DNA of 63,916 nucleotides from an uncultured Candidatus Saccharibacteria bacterium (lineage in GTDB: Bacteria > Patescibacteriota > Dojkabacteria > B142 > JAFGMG01), in NCBI GenBank assembly GCA_964444125.1, contig CAYUFB010000003.1, positions 1-63,916 on the forward strand, read 5' to 3'. Below the pieces are notes generated by a model. That model searched no databases and was not told the DNA's origin. It saw only the letters and a list, made by a program, of their open reading frames with translations. The translations under genes and the position numbers were made by a program. Positions 18,766 through 28,280 of the stretch are shown here, one piece after another; position 1 is the stretch's first letter; each line of letters starts with the position of its first letter.

Positions 18766-19758
18766 GTATTAATTGCCATAAAACCAAGTATAACACAGAT
18801 AAATCAAATTCATAATAATCGAATAAACTATAGTTAAAGTAGAGAGAAGGATTGAAATAATCAGATGGGAAATGTTACGTAAATATTAGTACATAAACTC
18901 ACGAAATCACCAAGAATATATATAAGGTATCTTATCCTATAGGAATGCAACGAAAAAAATAGAAGGGTTACGTTTTGAGACTAGTAAAATGACAAAAACA
19001 AGGGGCGACATATACTTTGGTGTGCTAAAGAAGTGCACTGGCCACGGGGAATTCTGTATTACCTTATTCGATTGTCGAGAGGTGCGAGATCTATCTAAAA
19101 TAAATACAAATTAGAATTACATTGAACAGCAATACAGCGTACACAAAACAGCGTTATGGCTTGTAATCTTCAATGTAGTTTCTACGACAGATACGTGACG
19201 TTTTATCTGTTAGGATTAGAACCTTACAAGCGTCAGGAAATCAATTGTAAATAAGTTATTGATATGTTCTAAACCAAATAGAAAGAATCTATACTATTGG
19301 TAGCTATGTTTTATTGACCTGAAGGCATTGATGTAACTTGTTGTAAATTTTTGTTTTCTCAATAGATCCCAATTTTCTCTGCTTGCATTACGATTTTTTC
19401 ATAATAATTGCAGCAATTAATTTAATAATGATATATCCTATAGTAGTAATGTTCGGGTCCCCTATTTTTTACTGTTTGTGATTGTCTTGATCATGCTGCA
19501 GTGTTATTATATTTTGAGCTAGATTCTTGGGTATACTTTTCTCTTTTTTAGATTTAGTACTTCTTTGAGACGTTTCTAGTGTATATGAAATATATTTTTG
19601 TTATTTGTTGTGATTATTGTCCTAGTTTGCAGGCTTCGATTTCTTAGCCGTATTGGAGGTTATCATTGTGTGTGATCATTACGACTATTATTCTTGAATT
19701 ATTGATATTTACTGTAGAATTGTTTCACACTGGGAATTCATGAAACGCCTGTTGGGCG

Positions 19759-20811
19759 CTACCTCTCACCGAGTATGAATATTTCTGACTTTGGTTTGAT
19801 GCCAAGCTTTTTTTCTGCTTCTTTTGTGATTAAATCCATCAAAGCCTCTACATCACTGGCTTTCGCACTTGAGATGTTCTCTATGAAGGCAGCATGTTTA
19901 TTTGAGATTTGCGCTCCTCCTATAGTTTTTCCTTTCAAATTTAGTACTCTATCTATAATATACCCCCAACTTGATGATTCTAGATTTAGCTTAAGTCTTT
20001 CTTCTTCGGAAATATTTTGCCAAACACATCCAGCCGATTTCTGAGGTTGTGCTTTTTTCCTTTTGGTCCATTCTTGATATACATATTTGGCTTTTTCTTT
20101 ATCTCCTTTATGAAGGGTGAATATTCCTTTAAGTATTATTTCTTTTTTATTATGAAATCTTGAATAATCGTAGGCAAAATCGCATTCTCTATTTGAAAAA
20201 GGGACTTCTTCTAAACTATCAAGATCGAGTGCAATGACTTTGTCAACATACTCTGATAGGTAATGAGTGCCTCCATGAATATTGTTATAAATTGCGCCTC
20301 CAATGGTACCTGGAATCCCTCCGAACCATTGAAGGCCGGTTATACCATTGAAGATTAATTTATTTATAGTAGCAGGTAATGATGCGCCAGATTCGATATG
20401 CACAGATATAACCGGCCTGTCACTCTCGTCATAATCAAGATCTTCAAATGAGTAATATTTACTTTCTTCAACTTGATCAAGTCTTGACGCAATCGGTTCG
20501 TTAAGTGATTCTTTTATTGCGGTTTCGCCTTCTTTGATTTGAATATTTGATGCAAGGTTTTTGATTACTAAGCCTCTTATTCCTTTATCTCTAATTAAAA
20601 CATTGCTACCCCATCCAAGCATCGTAAAAGGTATCTCGTATTGTTTTGATAGCTTTATAAGAGCTACAAGCTTGTCTGTAGAATCTACAGTTGCCAAAAT
20701 GTCTGCCGGCCCTCCAATTTTGAAGGTTGTATAGGGGGCAAGCGGCTCATTGAGCTTGTATTCAATTTCGAGTTTTCTTATAGATTCTAAGAATTCTTTT
20801 GAAATGTTCAT
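19759..20811 (-). CDS. murB: UDP-N-acetylenolpyruvoylglucosamine reductase
   Basis: TTFKIGGPA, GWGSNVL, GIPGTIGGAI.NN, QP..SAGCVW.N, ISNKHAAFI. Confidence 0.95.
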   Translation of the reverse strand: MNISKEFLESIRKLEIEYKLNEPLAPYTTFKIGGPADILATVDSTDKLVALIKLSKQYEIPFTMLGWGSNVLIRDKGIRGLVIKNLASNIQIKEGETAIKESLNEPIASRLDQVEESKYYSFEDLDYDESDRPVISVHIESGASLPATINKLIFNGITGLQWFGGIPGTIGGAIYNNIHGGTHYLSEYVDKVIALDLDSLEEVPFSNRECDFAYDYSRFHNKKEIILKGIFTLHKGDKEKAKYVYQEWTKRKKAQPQKSAGCVWQNISEEERLKLNLESSSWGYIIDRVLNLKGKTIGGAQISNKHAAFIENISSAKASDVEALMDLITKEAEKKLGIKPKSEIFILGER

Positions 20812-20816
20812 GGTGT

Positions 20817-20982
20817 CAGTATACAGTATTCAGCATTCAGCGTACAGCGTACAGTATTCCCCGCCAGAGGCGGGACCGCCTTTGGCGGAAGTATCCAGTA
20901 TCCAGTGTTCAGCATACAGTCTAGAGTGTGCAATAACCTTTGCATGGGAGGATAAACTTAACTCACAACTCAATGCTCTGGC
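20817..20982. repeat. Heptamer tandem-array element, copy 1, with a 30-bp GC-rich double-hairpin insert
   Basis: CAG(T/C)(A/G)T(A/T) x6, CCCGCC-AGA-GGCGGG-A-CCGCC-TTT-GGCGG insert, 6 more heptamers, short CTCA... inverse array. Confidence 0.85.
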
Positions 20983-20999
20983 CAAAGGTGGGCAAGCGC

Positions 21000-22907
21000 T
21001 CAGGCTAATACCGCCTTGATACGCCTGACGCCTGCGGATGAACTTTGTTCTTTGATGATTTTAAATTTCCCTGATTTGGCAAGTTCTTTTGTGTTTGTGA
21101 CATGCGGTCCTCCACAAAACTCTTTACTGAAGATTTCTCCATCTGGTTTTTGGACAAAATATACTGATACAATTTCGCCATATTTAGCTCCAAACTCCAT
21201 CTCTGCTCCAAGGCTTTCTGCCTCCTTAATTGGTAGTTCTTTTCTTTGTACTTCCCAGCCTTCATCGATAGCAAGATTAACTAATTCTTCAATTTTTTGT
21301 ATTTGCTCCTCTGATAATTTTTCTGCATATTCAAAATCAATTCTCAGCCTTTCTTTGGTTATATTGCTTCCTCTTTGATGAATATTGGGGCTGACAATTT
21401 TTTGTAATGCTGCAAGTAGCAAATGATGTGCAGTATGAAGCCTTGTTGTCTCTTCTGAATGATCTGCAAGTCCACCTGTGAACTTCTGCTCTGCCCCTTG
21501 CCTGCTTTGATCTTGATGAAGTTCTTTTTCTCTATTAAATTGACTAATAATCATATTTATCTCCTCTTGTGCCAAATCAGCGTCGTCATTTTTTTGATCT
21601 TCAATTTCTTCTATTATCATTTCAAGTGGAAATCCATAGGTCTCAAATAAATTGAAAGCTATCTTGCCGTCAATTGGTTGTCCTTTGCCTGTGATTTTCT
21701 GAAATTCTTTTAGGCCACGCTCTAACGTTCGTCTGAATTTAATTTCTTCTTTTTCTAATTCGTTAAGTATTAAACTTTCGTTTTCTTTTATATGAGGATA
21801 AGAATCTTCATATTGAGCAATCAATATCCCGGCTAATTCTCTTGCAAAATTATCATTTATTTCTAAAAATTTAGCTTGTCTGATCATACGTCTGATAATT
21901 CTTCTTAAGATATAGCCCTGCTCTTTATTTGAAGGCACAACTCCATCTGCTATGATAAATACGCTTGCTCTTATATGATCTGCTATTGCTCTAAAATGTT
22001 TGTTTTGAATTTCTCTTGCCTTCAAGTCATCAATATCTTCATCCTTCCAAACTTTGCCTGATAACTCTTCGATTTTTTTGATTGCACTTTGAAATAGGTC
22101 TGTGTCATAGTTATCCTTAACATTTTGGACAGCTGCGACGATTCTCTCAAATCCTCCACCAAAATCAATATTTTTTGTAGCCATCTCTTCCCATTCAAGA
22201 TTACTATTTAATTTGTATTGAAGAAAAACGCTATTGCCTAATTCAACAAACCTTCCGCTATCATCTGTGATTGAGTGATTCCCGGAGAATTCTGGATTTG
22301 ATACTGCCTGCATATCAAAAAAAAGTTCACTTGAAGGACCACCAAGTTCTCCAACTGCTTCGCCTCTTTGCCACCAGTTGCCTTGCTCTTTGCTTAGACC
22401 AAAGATTCTAAAGTTGCCTTTGGTGATGTCTTCGGGGTTTTCGGTATAATCTGCTTTCAAACCGTATTCTTCAAATAGCTTTTGCCATATGTCTATTGAC
22501 TCTTGGTCTTTTGGAACACTTTTGTTGCCCTTGAAGACAGTGACATAAATTCTATTGATATCAAGCCCAAAATGATTCACGTATAAATCAAGAAAATTTG
22601 GGAGCTGCTCTTCTTTGAAATAATCATTTAGTGACCAATTCCCTATCATTTCAAATAATGTATGATGTGTAGTATCTCCGACCTCTTCTAAATCTTCAGT
22701 TCTAACACATCTTTGGATGTTTGCAAGTTTGTTGCCAAGTGGGTGTTTTTGGCCCATTAGGTAATTAACTAGTGGAAACATGCCTGAGTTTACAAATAAT
22801 AATGATGGATCATTTTGAGGAACTAAAGAAACTCCAGGGATGATAGCGTGTTGTTTGTCTTTGTAGAAATTTATAAAAGCTTCTCTTATCTGTTTCGATG
22901 TTTTCAT
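21000..22907 (-). CDS. alaS: Alanine--tRNA ligase, short form without C-Ala domain
   Basis: DPSLLFVNSGM, HHTLFEMIGN, IDFGGGFER, IADHIRA, GYILRRIIRR, HTAHH and CGGPH editing motifs. Confidence 0.97.
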   Translation of the reverse strand: MKTSKQIREAFINFYKDKQHAIIPGVSLVPQNDPSLLFVNSGMFPLVNYLMGQKHPLGNKLANIQRCVRTEDLEEVGDTTHHTLFEMIGNWSLNDYFKEEQLPNFLDLYVNHFGLDINRIYVTVFKGNKSVPKDQESIDIWQKLFEEYGLKADYTENPEDITKGNFRIFGLSKEQGNWWQRGEAVGELGGPSSELFFDMQAVSNPEFSGNHSITDDSGRFVELGNSVFLQYKLNSNLEWEEMATKNIDFGGGFERIVAAVQNVKDNYDTDLFQSAIKKIEELSGKVWKDEDIDDLKAREIQNKHFRAIADHIRASVFIIADGVVPSNKEQGYILRRIIRRMIRQAKFLEINDNFARELAGILIAQYEDSYPHIKENESLILNELEKEEIKFRRTLERGLKEFQKITGKGQPIDGKIAFNLFETYGFPLEMIIEEIEDQKNDDADLAQEEINMIISQFNREKELHQDQSRQGAEQKFTGGLADHSEETTRLHTAHHLLLAALQKIVSPNIHQRGSNITKERLRIDFEYAEKLSEEQIQKIEELVNLAIDEGWEVQRKELPIKEAESLGAEMEFGAKYGEIVSVYFVQKPDGEIFSKEFCGGPHVTNTKELAKSGKFKIIKEQSSSAGVRRIKAVLA

Positions 22908-23013
22908 GTTTTTGTCGAATTGAAATAATAAAAAAATTATAGCATTTGAACGGATTTCAAGGAAATTATTACAATGTTTGTAGCAAATAACGGAAAGAAA
23001 ATAAACTTTCTTG

Positions 23014-23676
23014 TTATTTCACTATATAACCAAACCCTCTGACGTTTTCAATAAAGTTGTCTGCTTTATGCGTCTGAAGTTTTTTACGGATTCTGTTAAT
23101 GTATACATTGATAATATTTGGATCTTTCTCTTCAGAATGAACCCATACGTTTTCGAGAATTTTGTGTTTTTCAAGAATTTGGCCTCTATTCAATAATAGA
23201 TACTTGATAAGTTGATACTCCTTTTTTGAAAAAGGTATGACGTTTTTATTAATGGATATTTGCATGTTCTCAAAGTCGAAAGCTAAATTGCCAATTTTTA
23301 TATTGCTTCTGATAATGTTGTGGCCTCTTTTGACAAGAGAATTGATACGTGCCATTAGTTCAGGTAGTTCAAAAGGTTTGGTTAAGTAGTCATCTGCTCC
23401 AGCATCGAAAGCTGTCAATTTATCATCAAGAGAATCTCTAACAGTGAGCATAAGGATTGGTGAATGATCGCCCTTTTTGCGAATGGATTGAATAACTTCA
23501 ATTCCAGTACCTTGTTTCAAGTTATAATCAACGATGAATGCTGCAAATTGATTTGGTTGAATTTTTTTTGCTTCATCGAGGCTTTCAAATAATTCTACAT
23601 CTACATTTTCTTTTTCAAACGCTTTAAAAAGAATATAACCAATTTTTTTTGAATCTTCTATAACTGCTATTTTCAT
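23014..23676 (-). CDS. OmpR/PhoB-family response regulator
   Basis: IED..., IVDYNL (phospho-Asp), GADDYLTKPF, ENVRGFGY winged helix. Confidence 0.95.
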   Translation of the reverse strand: MKIAVIEDSKKIGYILFKAFEKENVDVELFESLDEAKKIQPNQFAAFIVDYNLKQGTGIEVIQSIRKKGDHSPILMLTVRDSLDDKLTAFDAGADDYLTKPFELPELMARINSLVKRGHNIIRSNIKIGNLAFDFENMQISINKNVIPFSKKEYQLIKYLLLNRGQILEKHKILENVWVHSEEKDPNIINVYINRIRKKLQTHKADNFIENVRGFGYIVK

Positions 23677-23816
23677 AATGCAAATAGGCTAAGATTGCTT
23701 AATTCTAGCACGAAGATATGTTTTTGCATAATCCAATAGATATTGGTTATATAGCGTTTACAAACAATTTATAGCAATTTGTTTAAATTTAATGTGCCCT
23801 GATATTACTTATTAAA

Positions 23817-24260
23817 TTGATGACTATGGGCAATAATTTAAACCAAAACTACTCTTCCTTGGAGTATACAAACAAGCTTGAATGGAAAATTAATCAAATT
23901 ATTAAACAGCTTTCGCATTTGCAACATGAAAAGGATGAGGAAAGCCTTGTTCTTATGTCTGATTTGACTGCGCAAAGAGATAGGCTCATTGAGCAACTAC
24001 AAAAGGCACAGCAAGTTAAGCAAAATGAGGCTAAGTCCAAAAAAGATAGCACAGGCATAGGCTCCTGGATAAAATTGAAAGAGGGACGTAAGAATATTCA
24101 AATCAACTTGGTGGATGAATATCTAGTAGATGGCAATGTCGGGAAGATCTCCCATAAGTCTCCATTGGGCAGAAACTTGCTAAATAAACGAGCTGGAGAA
24201 AAAATAAAAGTCGAAACGCCTGCTGGCTTGAAAGAATATCAAATACTGGAGATAAAATAA
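23817..24260 (+). CDS. GreA/GreB-family protein (atypical N-terminal coiled coil)
   Basis: C-terminal KISHKSPLGRNLLNKRAGEKIKVETPAG..EYQILEI. Confidence 0.8.
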   Translation: MMTMGNNLNQNYSSLEYTNKLEWKINQIIKQLSHLQHEKDEESLVLMSDLTAQRDRLIEQLQKAQQVKQNEAKSKKDSTGIGSWIKLKEGRKNIQINLVDEYLVDGNVGKISHKSPLGRNLLNKRAGEKIKVETPAGLKEYQILEIK

Positions 24261-24289
24261 AATATTGATTAGTAAGTATTAGAGTCATA

Positions 24290-24319
24290 AAAGGGGACGC
24301 TTTATAAAGCGTCCCCTTT
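24290..24319. terminator. Perfect 30-bp palindrome, probable terminator
   Basis: AAAGGGGACGCTTTA|TAAAGCGTCCCCTTT, 30 bp after the gre-like stop. Confidence 0.6.
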
Positions 24320-24348
24320 CCAATATAATCAGCACTAGAATTATTATT

Positions 24349-25662
24349 TTGTGTATGAGTCAACTAACGGATATTTTTTCACAACTATACGAGCTATCCC
24401 CTAATTCACTAACTAGCCAAGAGTACAATTTAGATACAATCAGTGCATTTTTGAAGCATTTAGGCAATCCTGAGAAGAAGTTGAAATATATCCATGTAGG
24501 TGGTACTTCTGGCAAAGGTTCTACGGTTAAATATATTTCAAGGATTTTGGAGTACCAAGGATTAAAGGTTGGTGAGTTTTATTCTCCGCATATCTTTTCA
24601 GTAAGAGAGCGTATTGAGCTTAATAATCAATGGATTTCTGAACAGGATTTTGAAAAGTCTTTTCTTTTGGTGAGAGAAAAGATGGACACATTTGAAGGTG
24701 AGAGAAAACCGACTTTTTTTGAGACGCTTTTTTGTATGGCTTTGTTATATTTTGTTTCAAAAAAAGTCGATGTGGCAGTTATTGAAGTTGGATTAGGTGG
24801 CAAACTTGATGCAACAAATGTAATTGACGCAGTAGTCAATGTGGTCACAAATGTTGGATTAGATCATACAGAGGTTTTAGGAGATACGGTGGAGAAGATC
24901 GCATCTGATAAAGTACAAATTGTAAAAAATGGCAAAATATTAATTACTGGAGTTAGGAAAAAAACTGTAAAGGGAATATTCGAATTACATGTGACAAAAT
25001 TTAATGCTTCTATACTTTATTTGTCTAAAGATTTCGGATACATAAATCAAGAAGATGGGTTTTTTGATTACTATGATAATAAACTTGAAATTAAGAATAT
25101 AAATACTCTGATGCCTGGTATTCATCAGATTGAAAACGCAACTATTGCAATTAAGGCAGCTGTATCTTTTTTGCACAAAGAGGGCAAAGAAGTTGATAAA
25201 GATAAAATAAAACAAGCAATTGCTAAGGCTACTATGCCTGGGCGCATTCAGATGGTAAGTAGGAATCCCTATGTGATATGGGATGCGGCTCATAATGTGG
25301 ATAAAATGCAAGCATTGGTGAAAACAATTAAGAATGTCGAGAAATCGTTTGTGTTTTTGCTCGCATTTAAGCGTGGACAGAAAATATTTGATATTGCAGA
25401 TGTTATTTATTCAAGTGGATTGAAAATTGACAAGATAGTTTTGACTAAATACAAAGTTAAGCAAGACGTTTCAATTACTTCAGAAGATTATATGATTTAT
25501 CTTGATTATTTTGAAAAAAAGTTTGGAAAGTCGAAGGTGTCAACTCAGCTTGACGCAAAGAAAGCATATAAGGGTTTGAAGAGAAATCTGCAACAAGATC
25601 AAGCATTGGTAGTTACTGGATCATTTTATCTTCTTGATACGATTGCCCGAAATATTGATTAG
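24349..25662 (+). CDS. folC: Folylpolyglutamate synthase/dihydrofolate synthase
   Basis: IHVGGTSGKGS, SPH...RERI, FFE, EVGLGGKLDATNV, DHTEVLG, DAAHN, VTGSFYL. Confidence 0.95.
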   Translation: MCMSQLTDIFSQLYELSPNSLTSQEYNLDTISAFLKHLGNPEKKLKYIHVGGTSGKGSTVKYISRILEYQGLKVGEFYSPHIFSVRERIELNNQWISEQDFEKSFLLVREKMDTFEGERKPTFFETLFCMALLYFVSKKVDVAVIEVGLGGKLDATNVIDAVVNVVTNVGLDHTEVLGDTVEKIASDKVQIVKNGKILITGVRKKTVKGIFELHVTKFNASILYLSKDFGYINQEDGFFDYYDNKLEIKNINTLMPGIHQIENATIAIKAAVSFLHKEGKEVDKDKIKQAIAKATMPGRIQMVSRNPYVIWDAAHNVDKMQALVKTIKNVEKSFVFLLAFKRGQKIFDIADVIYSSGLKIDKIVLTKYKVKQDVSITSEDYMIYLDYFEKKFGKSKVSTQLDAKKAYKGLKRNLQQDQALVVTGSFYLLDTIARNID

Positions 25663-25676
25663 CAAAAACTGATCAA

Positions 25677-26831
25677 TTATTCCTTGATCGCCTTGACGTA
25701 GAAAGTAAATTCTGCAGTTTCTCCGGTAGCAAGCTCTGCTCTACCTTTGAATAGATATATTGGATAGATGTATTGGCTAATGCCATCGGGCAAGAAAAAT
25801 CCAAGTTCTACTTCATTTGGGTTAGCTATAAACCTTGATACTTCAAGAGGTTGATAGCTTCCTAGTGGATCGTTCCCTTGTTTAAGTAATTTTTTCAGTG
25901 AGCCTTTTCCTTCTTTGATATCTTCCCATGCTTCTTCTTTACTTAATAATCTATATACTCCTTTTTGGGAATTAATATTTATGCCTCTTTCGTCAAAATA
26001 TTTAAGTAATTCAACAGAATTGCTTGAACTTTGTCTATTCAATAACTTGATTGAACTGATCCCTTTTTCTGGATTATTTTGATAAATCTTGCCTTGCAAT
26101 GGTCTTGCTGTATCATCAAGTGATTGATCATTGGTGAGACTTTTTAGAGAAACTATCTCCAAATTTAAAAAATATTCATTATTTATAAAATCGGCTTCTT
26201 GGGAGTTAAAAGTTGATGTTAGATTGTTGCCGACTTGTACCTCGTATGTAGTATTTTTGACAATATTTAATGATCTGTATTGAGTTAGTTGACCATATAT
26301 AGTTTGCATGACTTGTTGGGCATCGTCAATATTTCTATATTTGTTTAAATTAGGGATAGAAGTTGAAACAAGGGTAGTATTGCTAAAGGCTGTATCACGT
26401 GTGATTTTGTCAAATTCGTATTTACGCGAGGTATCTTCCCATATTAGTTTAGAATCAGACATTTTATAAGCTTCGGGTGTGAAATTCAAGTATTTGGCAA
26501 AGGACTGCCCCTTTTCTACACTACCTAGTGTTTCTCTAGGACGAGCGAGTGTATAGACATTTACACTGGTTGGGGATTTTTCAAACGTGCCATCTACAGA
26601 AAAAACTGGCTTGGAACCATCAACTATTGTCAAAGATTCAATTTCTGGATAGATAATCTCTCCAAAATCGTTATTTACGAAGGCATAAGGACTATTGGAG
26701 ATATCTTCGAATACTTCCTCTTTGGTAATAATTCTGATTAAGTTTTGTAACAGAATGACAACTAATGCAAAAATCAAAAAATACACTACAAATTTTCTTG
26801 CTTGTTTGGTTGTATCTGATAGTTTTGACAT
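25677..26831 (-). CDS. Hypothetical single-pass membrane protein
   Basis: 384-aa ORF with N-terminal TM; no family motif recognised. Confidence 0.8.
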   Translation of the reverse strand: MSKLSDTTKQARKFVVYFLIFALVVILLQNLIRIITKEEVFEDISNSPYAFVNNDFGEIIYPEIESLTIVDGSKPVFSVDGTFEKSPTSVNVYTLARPRETLGSVEKGQSFAKYLNFTPEAYKMSDSKLIWEDTSRKYEFDKITRDTAFSNTTLVSTSIPNLNKYRNIDDAQQVMQTIYGQLTQYRSLNIVKNTTYEVQVGNNLTSTFNSQEADFINNEYFLNLEIVSLKSLTNDQSLDDTARPLQGKIYQNNPEKGISSIKLLNRQSSSNSVELLKYFDERGININSQKGVYRLLSKEEAWEDIKEGKGSLKKLLKQGNDPLGSYQPLEVSRFIANPNEVELGFFLPDGISQYIYPIYLFKGRAELATGETAEFTFYVKAIKE

Positions 26832-26844
26832 ATGATAATGAGAT

Positions 26845-28173
26845 TTAAGGACTTAAATACCCTGTCTGATTAATAATTCTACTTACTTGATCTGCTGAAG
26901 TGTTGACCTGCTGGCTCCTTGTGACCATTTTCAAGAAGATATCAGCTACTTGTGTACCATCTACCATATACCAAGTTTTAGAGATATTTACTTCATCGTT
27001 GTATACTTTTAGATATTGATGGTTCTCTAACTCACTTCTCATGTCTGGTCGTGGGTAAATTTGACCAAAAGCTCTCTTTTTGGAAGCTTCATCATACATA
27101 AGCCTTAATTGTGTTTGTTGACTCGCGAAATTCAAAAAATCCCATGCGACAGCAGAATTCTTGGAATCGATTGATACTGTCTGTGCCCAATATGTTGACC
27201 ATCCTACTTTTTCGTTTTCAAGAGTGGACAATTGTGGCATCGGGGCAATGCCTACATCAAGTCCCAGTTTGTATGTATCATTATAGCTGATAATATCCAA
27301 AAGTCTCCATGAAGGTGCAATATACATTGCAAGTTTTCCTTCAAGAAACAGTGCTATGTCTTTTTTTAGATTACTATTCCATAGACCTTCGGTTGAATAT
27401 TTAGACATGTAACTAATGCTTTCGTCTGTCGCAGTATCTTGGCCAAAGAGCACTTCCGTTCTATCCTGGCTAAGCATTGAGACATTTGATTGCAATAACA
27501 ACAAATTAAACACATCAAACCAGAATTCACTATCATCGTCTGCTGCAAGAGACAAACCAACTGTTGTATAGGTATTGTTGTTGTCTTTTTTTGTAAGCTT
27601 TTTTGCTTGTTCAAATAACTGGTTCCAGTTATCTGAAGGTAGAGAGTATCCTTCTGCTGACATTAATTTTTTGTTATAAATAATTGCGATCGAATCAATT
27701 CCAAGTGGTATCCCTTTGATATTGCCATCTGGTGCAAAATCCTCTACTACTACAGGATAGAAATTTTTTTGGAAAGTGCCAAAATCTATCACCTGAGATG
27801 GAGGGGTCGTGGTGTAGTTTCTATATCTGCCACCTTCTGTATTATGGATTGTAAAAATATCTGGTGTTGATTCTGGGATTCCATCTGTCAGGATTTTGTC
27901 TAAACTATCTCTATATGTAGAGGGGTCTCTTTGAGAATATTCGATTGTGACATTTGGATATTTGGCCTTATAGGCATCAATAACAGGTTGGACGTTCTCT
28001 TGTGGTTCAAATAAATTCCACCAAATAAGAGTTATTTGTCTGTCTTTGGGAACTACTCCTTGATCTTGTTCTGTGGTTGGTTCATTTTTTTTGCCACCAA
28101 TACAGCCAGTAAGAAATAGACTTATAGAAAGAATTAGAATGATGTTTAGAAATTTTTTCATAGTGATAATCAA
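26845..28173 (-). CDS. ABC transporter (sugar-type) substrate-binding lipoprotein
   Basis: Lipobox LTGC; AIIYNKKL, PSDNWNQL...AKKLT, F..GK.AMY..PSW. Confidence 0.88.
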   Translation of the reverse strand: MIITMKKFLNIILILSISLFLTGCIGGKKNEPTTEQDQGVVPKDRQITLIWWNLFEPQENVQPVIDAYKAKYPNVTIEYSQRDPSTYRDSLDKILTDGIPESTPDIFTIHNTEGGRYRNYTTTPPSQVIDFGTFQKNFYPVVVEDFAPDGNIKGIPLGIDSIAIIYNKKLMSAEGYSLPSDNWNQLFEQAKKLTKKDNNNTYTTVGLSLAADDDSEFWFDVFNLLLLQSNVSMLSQDRTEVLFGQDTATDESISYMSKYSTEGLWNSNLKKDIALFLEGKLAMYIAPSWRLLDIISYNDTYKLGLDVGIAPMPQLSTLENEKVGWSTYWAQTVSIDSKNSAVAWDFLNFASQQTQLRLMYDEASKKRAFGQIYPRPDMRSELENHQYLKVYNDEVNISKTWYMVDGTQVADIFLKMVTRSQQVNTSADQVSRIINQTGYLSP

Positions 28174-28280
28174 AAACTATCTAGTAAACAGTATACAATA
28201 GAGAGATTTGTGAGTACAGCAGAAATTTATTAGTTGCAAACTTGGAGATAAATAATCCAAACATCAAAAATACTCGTTGA

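Noticed and set aside
19450-19470. tRNA-like GTTCGGGTCCCC
   Set aside because: No D-arm, anticodon arm or acceptor stem around it
18800-19740. Long-range inverted repeat pairing the A-rich and T-rich halves
   Set aside because: By-eye comparison with the reverse complement found only short (about 8-nt) chance matches
3110-19758. Stop-codon reassignment (code 25 or TAG read-through) to explain the two ORF-free gaps
   Set aside because: Housekeeping genes are intact in code 11 and end in TGA, TAA or TAG; the gap frames I checked contain mixed stop types
20750-21019. 89-aa + strand ORF across the murB-alaS junction
   Set aside because: It overlaps two real minus-strand genes, and its odd sequence comes from the heptamer repeat
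21000-22907. Short AlaRS without C-Ala as a pseudogene
   Set aside because: Aminoacylation and editing motifs are intact and the ORF ends cleanly; compact AlaRS forms are expected in reduced genomes
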